DNA of 64,000 nucleotides from Eledone cirrhosa (Eukaryota). The notes beneath the pieces are model-generated. The model did no database searches. It was given only the letters and a program-made list of their open reading frames with translations, and was not told where the DNA came from. Shown one piece after another: positions 45,801 through 61,000 of the stretch. The first letter of the stretch is position 1; each line of letters begins with the position of its first letter. Both the position numbers and the translations under genes were made by a program. The stretch lies in contig OZ024742.1 of assembly GCA_964016885.1 (NCBI GenBank), positions 103,540,001 to 103,604,000 on the forward strand, written 5' to 3'.

Positions 45801-48800
45801 CTTGAGGCAAGATTGGTTGTCTTGCTCGTATAGGACTGTCTGGCAGGTTTTCTACGGCTGGATGCCCTTCCTAACACCAACCACGTTTTCAGTGTGGACT
45901 GGAAGGTTTTTACCGTGTTACCTACACGGCCACATTACAGCGTGGACTGTGTGTTTTTTGTCATGACACCTACACAACCTCATTTATTTAGGATTGGATG
46001 TTGTGGTACCAACATAACTTTACAGAGAAAGGGGTGGTGTTGATTGGGGTGTATTTTTGATTAAGAGGTGCCTACTGACTGTAGGTTTCGCATTGTACAT
46101 AGGCAAGGCGGGTCTTGTGTATTACTGCATAGCACCAAAGATCTCGGTCCAGTGACATTGACTTGGAGAGGTGTAAGTGTGTGAGGTCAGAATTTATCAA
46201 ATCGTCCCAGGTTTTTCTGGGTCTGCCTACTCCGTAGTTTCCATCAATTTTGATCACCCTGCACTTTTTTTATACAGCTGTCATCTATCATGCGCATCAC
46301 ATGACCATACCAACACAGTCTTCTCTCGAGTAAACAGCATCTGATCCCTCTTATTCCTAATTTCTCACTTAGTTCATTTATGCTTTGCCGTTCACGTATA
46401 TTACTATTACACATCCAACGGAGCATGCAAGCTTTGTTCCTCTGCAGTCTGCGCAGATCCTCTGCACACAATGCCTATGTCTCACTGCCATGTAACATTG
46501 CTGTTCGTATGCAGGCATCATACAGTCTGCCTTTCATTTTTAGAAAGAAAACTTTAGCGGCCAATAGTTGTATAAGCTCTCGGAACTTTTTCCATCCCCT
46601 TCTGACTCTGGCTACTGTACTTTCAGAGCACCCTCCACCACTGCTGATTTTGTCACCCAGGTAATGTAAGATGTCCACTATTTCTATAGAACCATTTGGG
46701 CAATGGAAGGAGCTAGTATCCTGTGGGCACTTGCTACTTATTGCACCTGAGCACCGGCCACATATAAAACCTATGTTCTTAGTTAGCTTACCTGTGATCC
46801 CACTACATCTTTTATGCACCCATACTTTGCATTTGGGACATAAAATGGAGTTTCTGCCTACTCCTTTCCCACACACTGAGCATGGCCATTTCCCAGAGTG
46901 GACCAGTGCCCTATTTTCCTTCCTACATACTAGAACTTTAGTCTTAGACAAGTTAACTTTAAGGCCTTTTGATTCTAGGCCATGCTTCCATGTTTGGAAT
47001 TTCTTCTCTAGTTCAGACATCGATTTAGCTATGAGCGTTAGATCATCTGCATATAGAAGTTCCCATGGGCCGCCGGTCTTGAACTCCTCTGTTATAGCCT
47101 GAAGGGCAATAATAAATAGGAGGGGGCTAAGGACAGAGCCCTGATGAACACCAACTTTTACGCTAAATTCTTCACTATATTCGTTGTTAATTCTAACCTT
47201 GCTGACTGTTTCTTTATACATAGCTTGTATAGCTCTCACAAGCCATTCATCAATAGAGATAATGGAGTGGGGGACTCTGTCAAAGGCTTTCTCCAAGTCA
47301 ACAAAAGCTAAGTATAGGGGTTTACTTTTAGCTAGGTACTTCTCCTGTAGTTGTCGTACAAGGAAAAGAGCATCTGTAGTACTTTTACCTGACACAAACC
47401 CATACATATACACAAATGCACACACATATATGCACAAGTACATACAAGTGCATACACACATGCATGTGTACACACACATGGACATATACACACACATACA
47501 CATATATACACACATGCATACACACACATGGATATATACAAACACACATGTATACACACATATGCACACACACACACGCATATGCACACACACACACGTA
47601 TGCACACACACACACATGCACACACACACATATATATATATACACACATGCATACACACGCATATGCACATACACCCACATCCACACATATATGTGCACA
47701 TGGACATATACACACATATACACAGCTGTAAGGATTATGAAAATGTTACATACCATACATCTTGACATGTATATATCCTTTAGGCATGAATTCCTCAGGG
47801 AAGTTAGCCAATTCCAACAGTTCGATCAGTTCATTGATAATATCAGTGTCTGGATAAGAGAACTTGTAATCTTTCTTTTGCTCATGTTCATGGCTACTTT
47901 CAGTCATTTTGTCCCAAAATGACAATAGTCTCTTCCAAAAGGACATTCCTTTGGACATGTAGATATTTTTGACAAATTTCTCCATTCCTGTTTGTTTAGA
48001 GAGAGAAAGAGAGGAGATTTTTATATGTAGGTATGCATGTATATATATATAAATGTGAGCACGTGTTGGTTAGTTACTGATACTTCAGTATGCAGGGTAG
48101 AGCACTCAACGCAGTGTGCAGGTGGGTCTGTTTACTCCAGGGTAATTTAAAAACAAGAAGTGTAAGTCAACAGGTTAAAATTTACTTTGTTTATTCATAT
48201 TCGCTGTTATATATATTTCAGTGATAACCATTATTCAACACCTATGACCTCATCAGAGAGCTAGAACTTGAACAGAAAAAACAGAAAAGCTAAATGATGG
48301 AACAAAGTTTACCTCTGCTATTTTGATCTTTTGATATGCCCAGTCCCGAAGTATGGTGTTGTCTTCTCAAAGAACTCTATGGGCAAGACATGGTCTCTGG
48401 ACTTGACTTGTCTCATAAAGAGACAACCTGTCTAACCCATGCTAGCAGGGAAAATAAACATTAATGTTGATGATATATATATATATATGAAAAAGTTATA
48501 TCTGTATAAATACAGAATGTATAACTGAGATGTACCAACATGTATAAATAAATACACATATCTAATATGTATAAGGCAGAAAATTGACAGTCATTAGAAC
48601 ATTGGATAGAATGTTTTACTGAATTCATTATGGCTCTCTGCTCTCTCAGTTCAAATCCTGCCGAGGTCAACTTTGCCTTTCATCCTTTCGAGGTTGATAA
48701 AAAAAAGTACCAGTATAATACTGGGTCAATTTTTCCTCTCTCTGGAAAAAATCTGCTGTACTCAGGCCTGGAGAGGGATGGGCTCCGCCAGGCTTGAGGG

Positions 48801-48957
48801 TGCCTAAGAAATGGTGTGTGTCAATATAATGCCCCTACGATTATTGGAACTTACGGCACTATACATACATTCATACATCTAATATGTAGGCATGTAAACA
48901 TGTCAGAAAATACGAATTTCCCTGCAAATTAAAAAAAGGATAAACATACATACACAC

Positions 48958-49013
<56 letters not shown>

Positions 49014-52000
49014 TTATATATATGCACATATAGACATGTGTGTGTGTATACATATAGGGGTAGAGAGTCTAAATGTGATAGAGAGGGGGAAGACTGTGAT
49101 TGTAGAGAATGTGAAGTTGAAAACCTGAAGAGAACCAAAGAGAAAGAAGGCAAAAGGAAATGCAAAGAGGAGTAAATGTAAGTGGTAGGGGAGAAAATAC
49201 AAAGTAGTGAGAGAAAGTAAAAGGTAGAGAGAGGGGGGAGATAACGGTAGAGAGAGGGGGGAGATAACGGTAGAGAGAGGGGGTAAAGGTAGAGGGAGGG
49301 GGGTAAAAGTAGAGAGAAAGTGAGAGAAAGGGGTTAACAAGTAAAAAGCAAAAAGAAACCAACTGACCTTCAAGCTCGACATTAATTTCAAATATTTCTA
49401 AATTTTTCTGTCCAAAATGTGTTTTTGTCTTCAGTATCACATTTCTGGGCATCAGACTTTCTGGGTCATAAACAATACGTGCTTCAATCTGTCCACCAAA
49501 TGGATATTGCAGCATTGGTAAAGAAAATGTCTTGGAGAAGGAAATATGTTTGGATTTGGCCATACTTAGGAATTCTTGGAACTTAAAGGAAGGTTCTTCT
49601 TCAATTGCTTTTTTCCACATATTTCGACTCCTAAAATATCAATAAGAGAATGTATTATTAGAGAATCTAAGGTGTCAATTACTTTAGCAATCAACCTCAT
49701 TGGCTAGAAGCTACTCACACTTATTGTGGTGGATGGGCAGAATTGTTAGAATGTCAAACAAATACATAGGAGTTTTTTACATTGTGAGTTCAAATTCCAC
49801 CAGGGGTTAACTTGCCTTACATCCTTCTGAGCTTGATAATATACTGTACCAGTTAAGTACTAGGGCTGATTTCCCTTTCCCCCAAATTGCTGGCCTTGTG
49901 CCTGAAATAGTTATCATGGTAAATGGTGGGGTTCTATACCTCACCTATTAGAGAATTCCAAATTTAGTTAGTCTTATAGGAGACAAAACAACCTCCTCGG
50001 TGTTGGTGTTATGATAAAATGCACTTAATACACTCAGTAATGTGGTTGACAATGAAACAGCAACAGCATAGGGTATGCATGACTTTTCAACCATGATAAG
50101 AACATGACAACCTCTTTAGTATTTGTGCCACAATAAAATGCACCTGGTTACATTCTGTAAAGTGGTTAGTGTTAAGAATGGCATATAACAACTAGGGCCA
50201 AAACACTAAGTGTTATACAAATAAGGAAGGACAGTGTGGTCTTATATAAATTGAGTAAACAGAGAAAAACAACAGCTAACAAAGTAACAGTAAATTAATA
50301 AGAAAATTCCCCCAATAGGGTGGAGCACCACCTAAGAGTAATTAAGGAACCCCACAGATCTGTGATCACCCCAATCATTACAGACACCAAAGGCAAGTGC
50401 CCTTCTCTCTGTTTTCTCCATTCAACAGATGAGACCAAGCCAATAATGAAATGTATAAACAAGATGTGGTCCTTCAATCGATCTAGGAGTACCTCTGAAT
50501 AAGAACCGACTCAGACATTAATAACTCACTCAACCCATGCCAGCATGGAAAATAGACATATGATGATGATGATGATGACTTTGCTGGATATTTGATGAAT
50601 TAAGTTAAATTTCTTAATTTGATCAGTACAGAATTATTGAAGTGATCAAGCAAAGATTTTTTAATTTTAATTTAATTTATTTTTAACAGAATATGATATA
50701 TTTATACTCATTCAGGTGTCACACACTGTGTCATGCTAAATCTCCCTGAGACCAGCCTTATATGTGCCATTGCCTGTCGAATGCTTAGCCACTTGCATGT
50801 TAATTACACAAGTAAATTGTTCTGTTGTCAACTAGAACAGCCATCGTCAGACCTGACAAAAGTCCAGTAGTAACAATGATTAATAGATATTTTTATGTGA
50901 TTTAGTTTTATTTAATTTTTGATGGCTTAGTCAAAGGAAGAATGGCAGCAGCCATGCCTTTTTCAGGTCTTCAATACATATTGGAGAAAAGGATGAAGAT
51001 ATTCTCAATCTGAAAACCTAACCCAACAGAGAGGACTCTACTAGAGGCACCCAAAAGTTAGATGATGATGTGTAACAGGGCAACAGATTGTGTCTACTAT
51101 CTAATCTATCAATGGTTCCTCTCCACTTCTTGACAAGCTGCCATACTGTTTCTATTCTCCTTATTTCCCTCACAAGAAGATATTATCTGATATGACATAA
51201 ATGTAACAAGAAAATGAGGAGGTAATGATCTGTTGAGAGGCTACTGGAAGTGATAATGATGATGGTGATGGTGATGATAATGATGATAATGATGATGATG
51301 ATGGTGATAATGATAATGTTAATGGAGGAGAAGGAGTAGAAGAAAAAGATTATAGAGAAGGAATAAGGTTAGTGAACAACTTACCTTTCTGTTTTCTTGT
51401 CTTCAGAATGTAAGATGTTACTGAGGTAGGTCTGCATGAAAACTTTCAACTCCTGTATCTTCTCTTTTTGAATCCAACCCAGCAAGAATTTAGTTATATC
51501 TCTATCTTCATATTTGTCCAAAGTAAGGAAAGCTTCGGTTCGCACACTGACAGAATCGAGGGCATCTTTCAGTATATTTTTCATTGCTGCCTCTATAGAA
51601 GGATCCTGATCCATAGTTCTCAGAGCCTGCCAAAAGGAAACCCAAATATGGACAATTATTTTTAACATATCAAAAGAAAGAGTGAAATAAGAGACCATAT
51701 GATAAGGATTATATTATTTATTTGCACTATTTCATGTCTATCACAGTTCTGAAAATGACATCTATTGATACCCCCCCACCCACTGCCAGTCAGTAGTGAC
51801 CACGACAAATCTCTAGTGTGACCAGTGGTCAAAGCAGTGATCAAACTCCAAACCAACAGCAGTCAAACTTCAGATAGACTGTGCTCAAGTTCCAAACCAG
51901 TAATGATCAAGCTCCAGACCAGCAATGGTCAAGCAATTTATCAGTAGTTGTTAAGATCCATTGCTCATCTAGAGCTTGACCACTCCTAACAGGCTGCTTG

Positions 52001-55000
52001 ACAAGTCCTGGCCTGGAGTTTGACAACTGTTTTGACCATTGGACACACTACAGATTTGCACTGTTCTAAAAGTGCAGTAGCCAGAACAAGAAAGTGCTGA
52101 AAGAAGTTTGAGGAGCTAGTGTCTCTGCCGATATCAAAAGTATTCTCTCTGAGTGAAAAGTAGACCATATAATGCCTGTGTGTGAACTACAATGCTATAT
52201 GACAATGAAACTTGAGCCTTGACTACAGAAGACCTGCAAAGGCAAGACAAAAATGAAGCTAGTATTATCCAGTGAATGAGTAATGTTAGTGTGTATGAAG
52301 GTTGTAACATAAACGACAAGAGAGTAAAGCTTGGCATCAGAAGAATTAGATGTAGTGTACAAGAGAAAAGACTGTACTGGTATGGATATGTGATGCCTAT
52401 GAATGATGACAGCTGTATAAAGAAGCACAAAGAACTCAGTGGATGGAAACTGTACATGAGGTAAACCTAGTAATACAAGGGATGAAGTAGTGAAGGCTGA
52501 CCTTAGGAAACTGAATCTCATGATAGAAATAACAAAAGACCACAATGGTTGGCAATATGGTACTGGAGAATTAACCTCACCATCAATATACCAGTATAAA
52601 AATGTGAATATGACCTGATCCATTCATGTGCTCTTCTACCATCACTCCTTATTAACTATTCCAGCATCACTGTACAAAATCACTCCAACAGCTTTTAAAT
52701 CCTACTACATTAGTCATAGCTCTTCGGTAACTATTCTCACCATCACAGAACCCTTCCACACCACCCAGGGTTCCTCCCATCCCTTTTAAATCCCACCACA
52801 AATGTCATAGTTCTTCAGTAACTATTCTCACCATCGCTGTACCCTCTCACTTTATCTAAAATCACTCTGCATCCTCTTGCCATTTCTACATCCCCTTGCT
52901 GTCAAATCCCCTCAGATATCATACACTCATGACATTTTCTCATCCCTTTAAACCTCATATCACCCGTCCCTTACCTAGTAACTTACCCATGGCATCATAC
53001 TTATCCTTCTTACCTAACCCCACCCTATTTCTCCTCCCAATCACTTCTGATGTGGGACAAATTATCATCCCCACTCTCATAGGGTAGACAGGGTTCTTCA
53101 GTATTCATTAACAACCTCCCTAATGCTGGCGTACACAATACACTCTGTAAAGTGGTTGATGTTAGGATGATTTAGTCATGGCCCAGCGTCCTCTTTAGTG
53201 CTGTGCTACAAAAAACGCACTTAGTTCACCTTATAAAGTGGTTGGTGATTGAAAGGGCAGCCAACCATGGAAAAACAAAGGGTCAAGAGGAATCTTTAGT
53301 TCTGCTAAAGACAAGACAACCTCCTTAGTGCTGTTGTCCTGATAAAATGTATCTAATATGCCCTGTACAGTATAGGAAGGTACGTAAGCTAATTTCATCT
53401 TTTGTCCTTCAGACATCGATAAAACAATGCACCAGTCCAGTACTGGGGTCAATCTATTTCATTCTTCCACCACACCAACATTTTAACCATCATGGTTATT
53501 CTAGAAATCATTACTACCATTAGAATTGCTGGCCTTGTACCAAAAGTAGAAACAATTATAATTGCCATCTCTAATTATTCCTGGTTCTACACACATCTTT
53601 TAGATAGATACAAAAAAAAAAATTCAAGTAATTGTTTAGGGCGCTAAAATCTAGTAGCATACCCATGGCTCTCAGCTCTATTCAGCAAACAGTTATAATT
53701 GGGAAAAGGGGTCAAACATTATAGGGCTGTATTTTGCAAACACTAATAACTGTGTAAGCAAGAAGGGCAGCCTTGGCTGCTGGCTATAATCAGCAAACAG
53801 TTATAACTGAAAAAGAGGGGTACAACATTGTAGGGCTAACCTAAAACACTCGATACTTCGAAGCCAGCCCTGTCACCATCTCTACAAGTCTCTGGCCCCC
53901 TTAATCAACAGAAATTTATTCAAAAACAAGAAGCAAACAATTGCCATAGAAAACTGTGTGGCCTACCCGAATTGCAGCTTTTCGCATTGCTAAGCTATGA
54001 TGTTTAGTCTCTGCACATTTCACAACTTCTGGAATGATCTTTCTGTAGACCTCTTTAACCAAAGGTCCAAGGTTTTCCAAACTCTATAAAAATAAACAGC
54101 ACATTAAGAAACAAACAATGTTTAATAATCTCAGAATTAATGATTTTAATTAGACATCAATTTTAATATTCTTTTCAATCCAGTGTTTTTTTTTCAAACC
54201 AGCAAAAAATGATAAAAGCAAAAAATAATATTTACCTTTAAAACCCAAATTGTGTTCATCTCGTCCTCATCATGATGACCATAATGTTTAAGCAGCATGT
54301 GAAAGTGCTCAATGGTTTTGGACACAGGACTGTTCTGAGAGTTAAACCGAAAACACACATTTTAAGGCTTATATAGATAGGGATGTCAAGAGTATTGTAC
54401 ACAGGATTGTTATGGGAGTTAAGAAAGAGAAAACACATGTTAAGGGTTATATATATATATAGGACTACCTCATTAACACTACTGTTTACTTAAAATGGGA
54501 CAACATAGAGATAATCACTGTGATAATCCTCAGTTGCTATTTAGCCCCAATTCAGACTTAAGTCAACAGATTTAGGATCAACAGCCCCCAAGCCACAACA
54601 GTTACATCTTTTTCTTTCCAGGCATAATATATATATTGAAGTATTAGGTCACTGGATAGAATGATTTGCAGTATTCATTTTGGCTCTCTGATGTCAACTT
54701 TATTCAACCCCTGTCAGGAGGGAAAGTAGACATTAAACAATGATGATGATGATGATGATGGAATACATTATCCAATGTACTCCATTTTAAGATGGTAAAG
54801 TGTGATTCAAGGGAAGTTTGGTTATTATTTCTACCATTTTGAATGTTGTATAAAGACTCCATTGTTCAATAGTGTAATAATTTCATAGGCTAGGATGGTT
54901 CATCTGATCAGGTTACACAGAAAGCAGACAATCATCATCATTTTTATGTCAACCTTTCCAAGCTGGCATGGCTTAGATGAGACTTTTTGAGGAAAAGCCC

Positions 55001-58000
55001 TTCCTAGCACCAACCCTTTTAGTCACTTCTTATGATACACGGTGACATGGTGTACCTATTCTAAACTGGATACATACTAATAAATCTTTAAAGGAAAACT
55101 GTTTACCTTGGAGAACTGTCTACTAAAAGTTGACAATACCTAAGTGTTCATGAAAAAGTAGGGCAATTGTTTTTGCATAAAGAAAGCATAATGGAATCTT
55201 TCATCCAATGCTTAACCATTTTGTTCCCATATTTTTTATGAAAAACACTGCATATAATTTTCAAATAATCAGCAATTTCAAAGAGTTTATTAATATAACT
55301 TTCTCATTTTTAGCTGTTGTTTGAAGCTTAGCATAACAAAGGTCCTTTCATAAAATGTTGATGGGAGATGTTAGATAAATATAAACACTTTAAAATAAAC
55401 AGTTCATGAAACCAGAGTTGGTTTTAGGCAGTTTGGTATCAAAAGGGTTAAGAATATGTATTCATCTGAAAAGATTGTCCATCTTATTGAAACCTCATTC
55501 TTCTTCTTTGCCCACTTATTCTTGAGAGGGTTGTTGGGGCAGAGTCCTCAAACACTCCTTCCAGCAGGTCCTGTCAGAAGCAACCTTCTCCAACTGATCT
55601 GGCTGGATCCCCAAGCCAGACCAGCCAAGCTCGTGGATGAGCTCGGGTCCCACTCCTGGGTCTCCTGTCAATTGGTAAAATTTGTCCAATTGTCAAGTGA
55701 TTCTTTCCTGAGACATTCTAATCTCATGCCCATAGTATCGGAGCTGTGATCCCTCAATTTGGAGAAGTAGTGGCTGTACCTGGAGTAACTCTCTGATCTC
55801 TAAGCTACACACTATTGAGTAATGTTACTCCAAAGAACCTTCGAAGGAACCCCATGCTTCTGAAGAGATAATTTAAATTTGATGATTTCTCAAAACTATT
55901 CATCTATCCTTAGATTGCTGTATAATTGGCAAGACAGTCTAATCGATCTCATACAATTATTTACTAGAAGATTGACAATGTAGGTAATGACTCTTTTCTA
56001 GACAGGTCTAGAATTAGGTTAAATATTGACACCAGTTTCAACCACAATTCTAAACCCCCGCCACCTGTTAAGAAAGATGTAAAGAATCATTTGAAAGGTG
56101 AATACTATGAACTATGTGAAATATGTAATACTCACTTGTTTCATTTGGCGAGGGTTTGCATTCTTGGCATAAGTAAGAACAAGATTTCCTAATGTGGAAC
56201 AAACACTGGGATTTTCTTTTTTACAGGCATCCTATTAAAAATAAACAGAAGATTTTATTCTTATTTTTTGTAGAGGTAGTTGTATTTGGTATTACTAATG
56301 TTTAAGAGGATGACTATTCAGTTCAAGCTGTTAGCGCATTGGACAACAGGCTTTGGGGTATCTGCTCTAGCTTTTTACGCTCAAATCCCACTGAGGTCAA
56401 CTTTGTCTTTGATCCTTTTGGAGTCGATAAAATACCAGTAGAATACTGAGTCAATATTTAATCGACCTCCACCCTTCCATCTCTCCAAAACATTTGTTCT
56501 GGTCCTATACATTCTGAGTTTAAATCCTGCCAAAGTCAACTTTGTCTTTCATCCTTCCAAGGTCGATAAAATAAGGTACTAGTTAAATGCTGAAGTTGAT
56601 GTAATCAATTTTTCCTTCCCTCAAAATCACTGACACTGTGACCAACGTAGAAATCATTATTTTAATTGTTTCAACTCAACTGGTTAGCAAAACAGTACAG
56701 TGTTGTTTTATATGGTACAGTAGTTGATGCAGCATGGCCAAATGGTTAAGTTGGCTTTGCAATCATTATATCCTGGGTTTGATCCCATTGTGTATCATCT
56801 TGGGCTAGTGTCATCTACCATAGCCTCAGATCAACTTGTGAGTAAAACTGGATAAACAGAAACTGTTTGAAAGCCCATCAAATGAACTGTACCAGTAATT
56901 CAAATTACATTAAGGGTACATGTGGCATATTCATTCTCTTTTTCAGGACCATCAACATTGGTGTGATTAGCAAAGAAAGGCATACTTAAAGAAAAGGCTT
57001 TGCTTGACTATGTGTAACAGAGTAGGTTCTGTTAACCCTTTAGCATTCACATTACTCTATATTTACTATTGTATTTTCACAGAAAAGGCTTTACCTCACA
57101 TAATTATCTCACATGATCTCGAATGTACGAGATTTTGATATTATTTATTTCAAGAACAATACCTTAACGTCAGTATGAGCAACCAGCTATGACCAGTTTC
57201 AACAGAAGGAGGTGAGGGAATTCAGGCCAGATATGGCTGGTTTAAATGCTAAAGGGTTAAAGGCAACTATTCCATTCCATTTCTTTTTACAACATTCATC
57301 AGGGGTTCTATTCCCAGCAACAATACACACTGAACATGCAACTTAAAAGAAATATCTTACCAGTAAATCAGTGAGAATCTCTTCATCAATATGAGGATAT
57401 AGGTTCAGGTTAAGGATGAATGTATTTTTTTTCCAGTCAGTAAGTGTATCCAAGTTTTTCACTACGGCTTTAATACACTTCTTCTCTCCACAGTTTTTTA
57501 AGACATCAATATATATTATCTCCTTCAGTGCCTGTTAGTAATAATTAATTAATGATAAGAAGAAAAATAAAAAGAAGAAAAAGAAAAAAGAAGAAAAAGA
57601 AAAAGAAAAAGAAAAAAGAAGAAAAAAGAAAAAGAAATAAGAAAAAAGAAAAAGAAAGGAGAAAAAGAAGAAAAAGAAAAAAGGAGAAAAAAAATAAAAA
57701 TAAAAATAAAAATAAAAATAAAAATAAAAATAAAAATAAAAATAAAAATAAAAATAAAAATAAAAATAAAAATAAAAATAAAAATAAAAATAAAAATAAA
57801 AATAAAAATAAAAATAAAAAGAAAAAGAAAAATAAAAATAAAAATAAAAATAAAAAGAAAAATAAAAAGAAAAAGAAAAAGAAAAAGAAAAAGAAAAAGA
57901 AAAAGAAGAAATGCATAAAGTACCAACTCACAGCTATTCCCGTTTTACATTGGTCATTATTCCGATGACATTTATCGAACTTAGAGAACACACGCTCAAG

Positions 58001-61000
58001 AGTCTTTTGGTCAGCATTTCTGGTCATTTTTATTAAATTATAGAAGTATCCTGACAGTGTTGCCAATGGATAGCGTTTATAACCTTCTTCAAGTACATCT
58101 AACAGGTCATATATTTCATGAACAGTTGAAGGTTTTTCTGCTTTGATTTCCTCAAATTCAAATGGCAGAGCTGCTTTTCGAGTTGAATCCATTGGAAATT
58201 TCAAATCAGTTTTTCCAGGAGTAATTTTCTTCAGTACTAAAGACTGGCTGAATGAATAAAAGACAAATATTAATGAACAAACTTTGGAAGTATGTTAGTT
58301 TAAAGTAAGCTGCTTCAACATAACATTTAAAAAAATTATGTTGGGTATATAAGCTACTCGTCATTGCATCAGGCAAATTGCCTGAGCTAATTTCACTCTC
58401 CCTCTCCAGAAATCCCTGTTTGCCATCGCTGTTTTCAGGTCCTCAATTGTCAAACCAACATTTTCAGCCATTTGATTGATATAAGTCATCGGTTGTTTTA
58501 TGTGGCACTTAAATATGGACAGTGGCACAGTGGTAGGAGAACAGGCTTGATGGGATATACACCCAAATGCTGCACCTAGTACTGAACAGGTCTGGAAGCA
58601 ACCTTATTTATGGACAGATTCCTCTAGTATCAGCTTTGGTTGTCAATAAACTACTAAAAATGGAAAAAGTTGACAGTATCATTGTAGCAGTTTTATTTAA
58701 GCTAACATACTTTAAAAAAGTCTAAATTTGCTTGACACTTCTTGAATATGATTGATATTTTATTAATAAACAATTTTTGAAAGCTCAAAGTAAGCTGTTT
58801 CAATATAATTTTTTTTAATCCATCAATTGATCTGATCAGTACTCAAAGTGTCACCTATTTTTTGTGAGTGCCAAATTCTTAGAGGACTGGGTTGATGCTT
58901 TGCCTTTTGCTAACATCAATGGCCCACTCAGTCAGGATGGGCTCTACATCATCATAGTGTTCAGTGTTAGGGTCAATGTTTGTGGGAGGTTAAGAATGTC
59001 GATGTAGAAGCCCTTTGTTTCTATGGATCTTCATGGATTGTTATGTTGGCTAAATGCAGATCACTTTCCTTGTCACATTGAGCTGAACTTGATAATAAAG
59101 CAAATTCTAACCAGAGTTAATATGCCCTCAGTTCTTGAGTCATCCAGTCTATCCATGCCTGATGGGAAAACACTTGGATAAGAGATAGATGCCTCACATG
59201 GGACACCACAGTTAGCAACTCCTTCACTCTTTCTCACATCCTGGATGCTGTGGTCAGAGTGGAGGATCATTACATCCAGAGCTGAATGGAATAAAATTCT
59301 GAAACACCATAATTATCGATAAACTACTTTTTTCAGCTTGTGCTATTTGAGATGTTCAGGGTTGATGTCATTGTTGAAGTACTATCATCATCCTCACCAT
59401 TTGACATTCACTTTTCTATGCTTGCATGGATTGGATGAGTATTTTCCCTCCACTCATTGCAGTCCTTCATCATCTCATCTGTGAACTTCAGCGATTTGAG
59501 TTTAGTTCTCACCACCTCCACCCAAGTTTTCCTTGATCTTCCTCTACTGCAACTTCCTTCCACTGGAATCTTTTGACACTTCATCAGCCATTGATCATCA
59601 TCTATATGCATTAGATATCCATACCAGTGCTGTTTTCTCTCTTGCACACTACGCTTGATTCCTTTTATACCAGTTTTTCTCTCAGTTCATCCATGGTTCT
59701 TTATTCACACATATTAATATTGCATATCCATCAAATCATGCTTCCTTCATTTCTCTCCAGCCATTACATATCCTCTGCATTCATTGCAGCATCACACATC
59801 ACACACAGGCATTATGCAGCCAGTCTTTCGTTTATAGAGAGATGCCTTTTGTTGTCAATAGAGGTAGTAGCTCCCTAAACCTTTTCCATTTTGTTCTTAT
59901 GCTAGCTACTAGGCTCTCAGAGCACCCTTTTCCACTGCTAATTAGATCAGCTGTCGGTCAGTTCCAATGATGAGTGTTTCAGTTTATATGATGAATGGAA
60001 CAACCTGTTCATGAAATTAACTAAAAGTAGCTGAGTATTCCACTGACATGTAAACCTTTAACACAGTTCCGAAGGAGTAAAGTCTAGAATTTATAATGTG
60101 ATGCAGTCATAGAGCTGTTTTATACTTTTCAAGAATATCTTGCTATTGCAGTTTCATGTGGTACAGGATGTTACAAGTTAAGTACTGACTAGACTCAATT
60201 TAGTTTAACTTTGGTTTAGAATAGGTACATTATATCCCTGTCCATTGTAAGAAACAACTGAAAGGGTTGGTATCAGGAAGGGTTTCCAGCTATAAAACAT
60301 TGTCTCAGAAAAATCCCATCCATCCTATGCCAGCATGGAAAAATTGACACAAAAATGACGATGATGGTGATGATGATGATGATGATGATGATGAGACTAT
60401 TGTCTATCATAATAATGATGATGATGATGATGTAACTATTCGCTGTCTATCATAATGTTTGTTATACTCACCTTACATTGAACATAGCTGTTGCTTCAAC
60501 ATTACCATAATGTTTGAGGACTTCAAAATCTTGCCGCTGTAGACAAGAGACTGATTCAATATTATCCTTAGGGTTCAGCTTATAATCACAAGAGTACTTT
60601 GACTGGAAAGGGTATTGTAACTGTAAATAAAACATTTTTCATTTGTCATAGAACAACATCATGATTAGAGATTTATCATGTGAACTACAAAATAACATCA
60701 TAGTTCTGAAAATATCCCAGAATAACACCATAATTAGTAATATATCACAGGACAACATCATCGCTAAGGATATATCAAATGTAGTAACATCACAGAAATA
60801 TATAACAGATCAATACTATAATTAACAATACTCGTATGTCTTTGAGTAATAGCACAGTTAAAGATATATAACAAAACAACATCATAGTTGTGAATATATT
60901 GCATAGCAGCATCAAAATTAGAGATATATCATAGTGCAACATTGTAATTAAGGAGATATCCCAGATAAATATAATAACTAGTGATATATCACAAAACAGC

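Noticed and set aside
47332-47768. Cys/Val- or His/Thr-rich ORFs
   Set aside because: Translations of CA/TA microsatellite.
55107-55140. Possible small LLTP exon
   Set aside because: Its phase is incompatible, and exons 6 and 7 already join in frame.
57549-57968. Poly-K/N and poly-F/L ORFs
   Set aside because: Intronic hexamer microsatellite. Only 57932-58247 and 57361-57531 are exonic.
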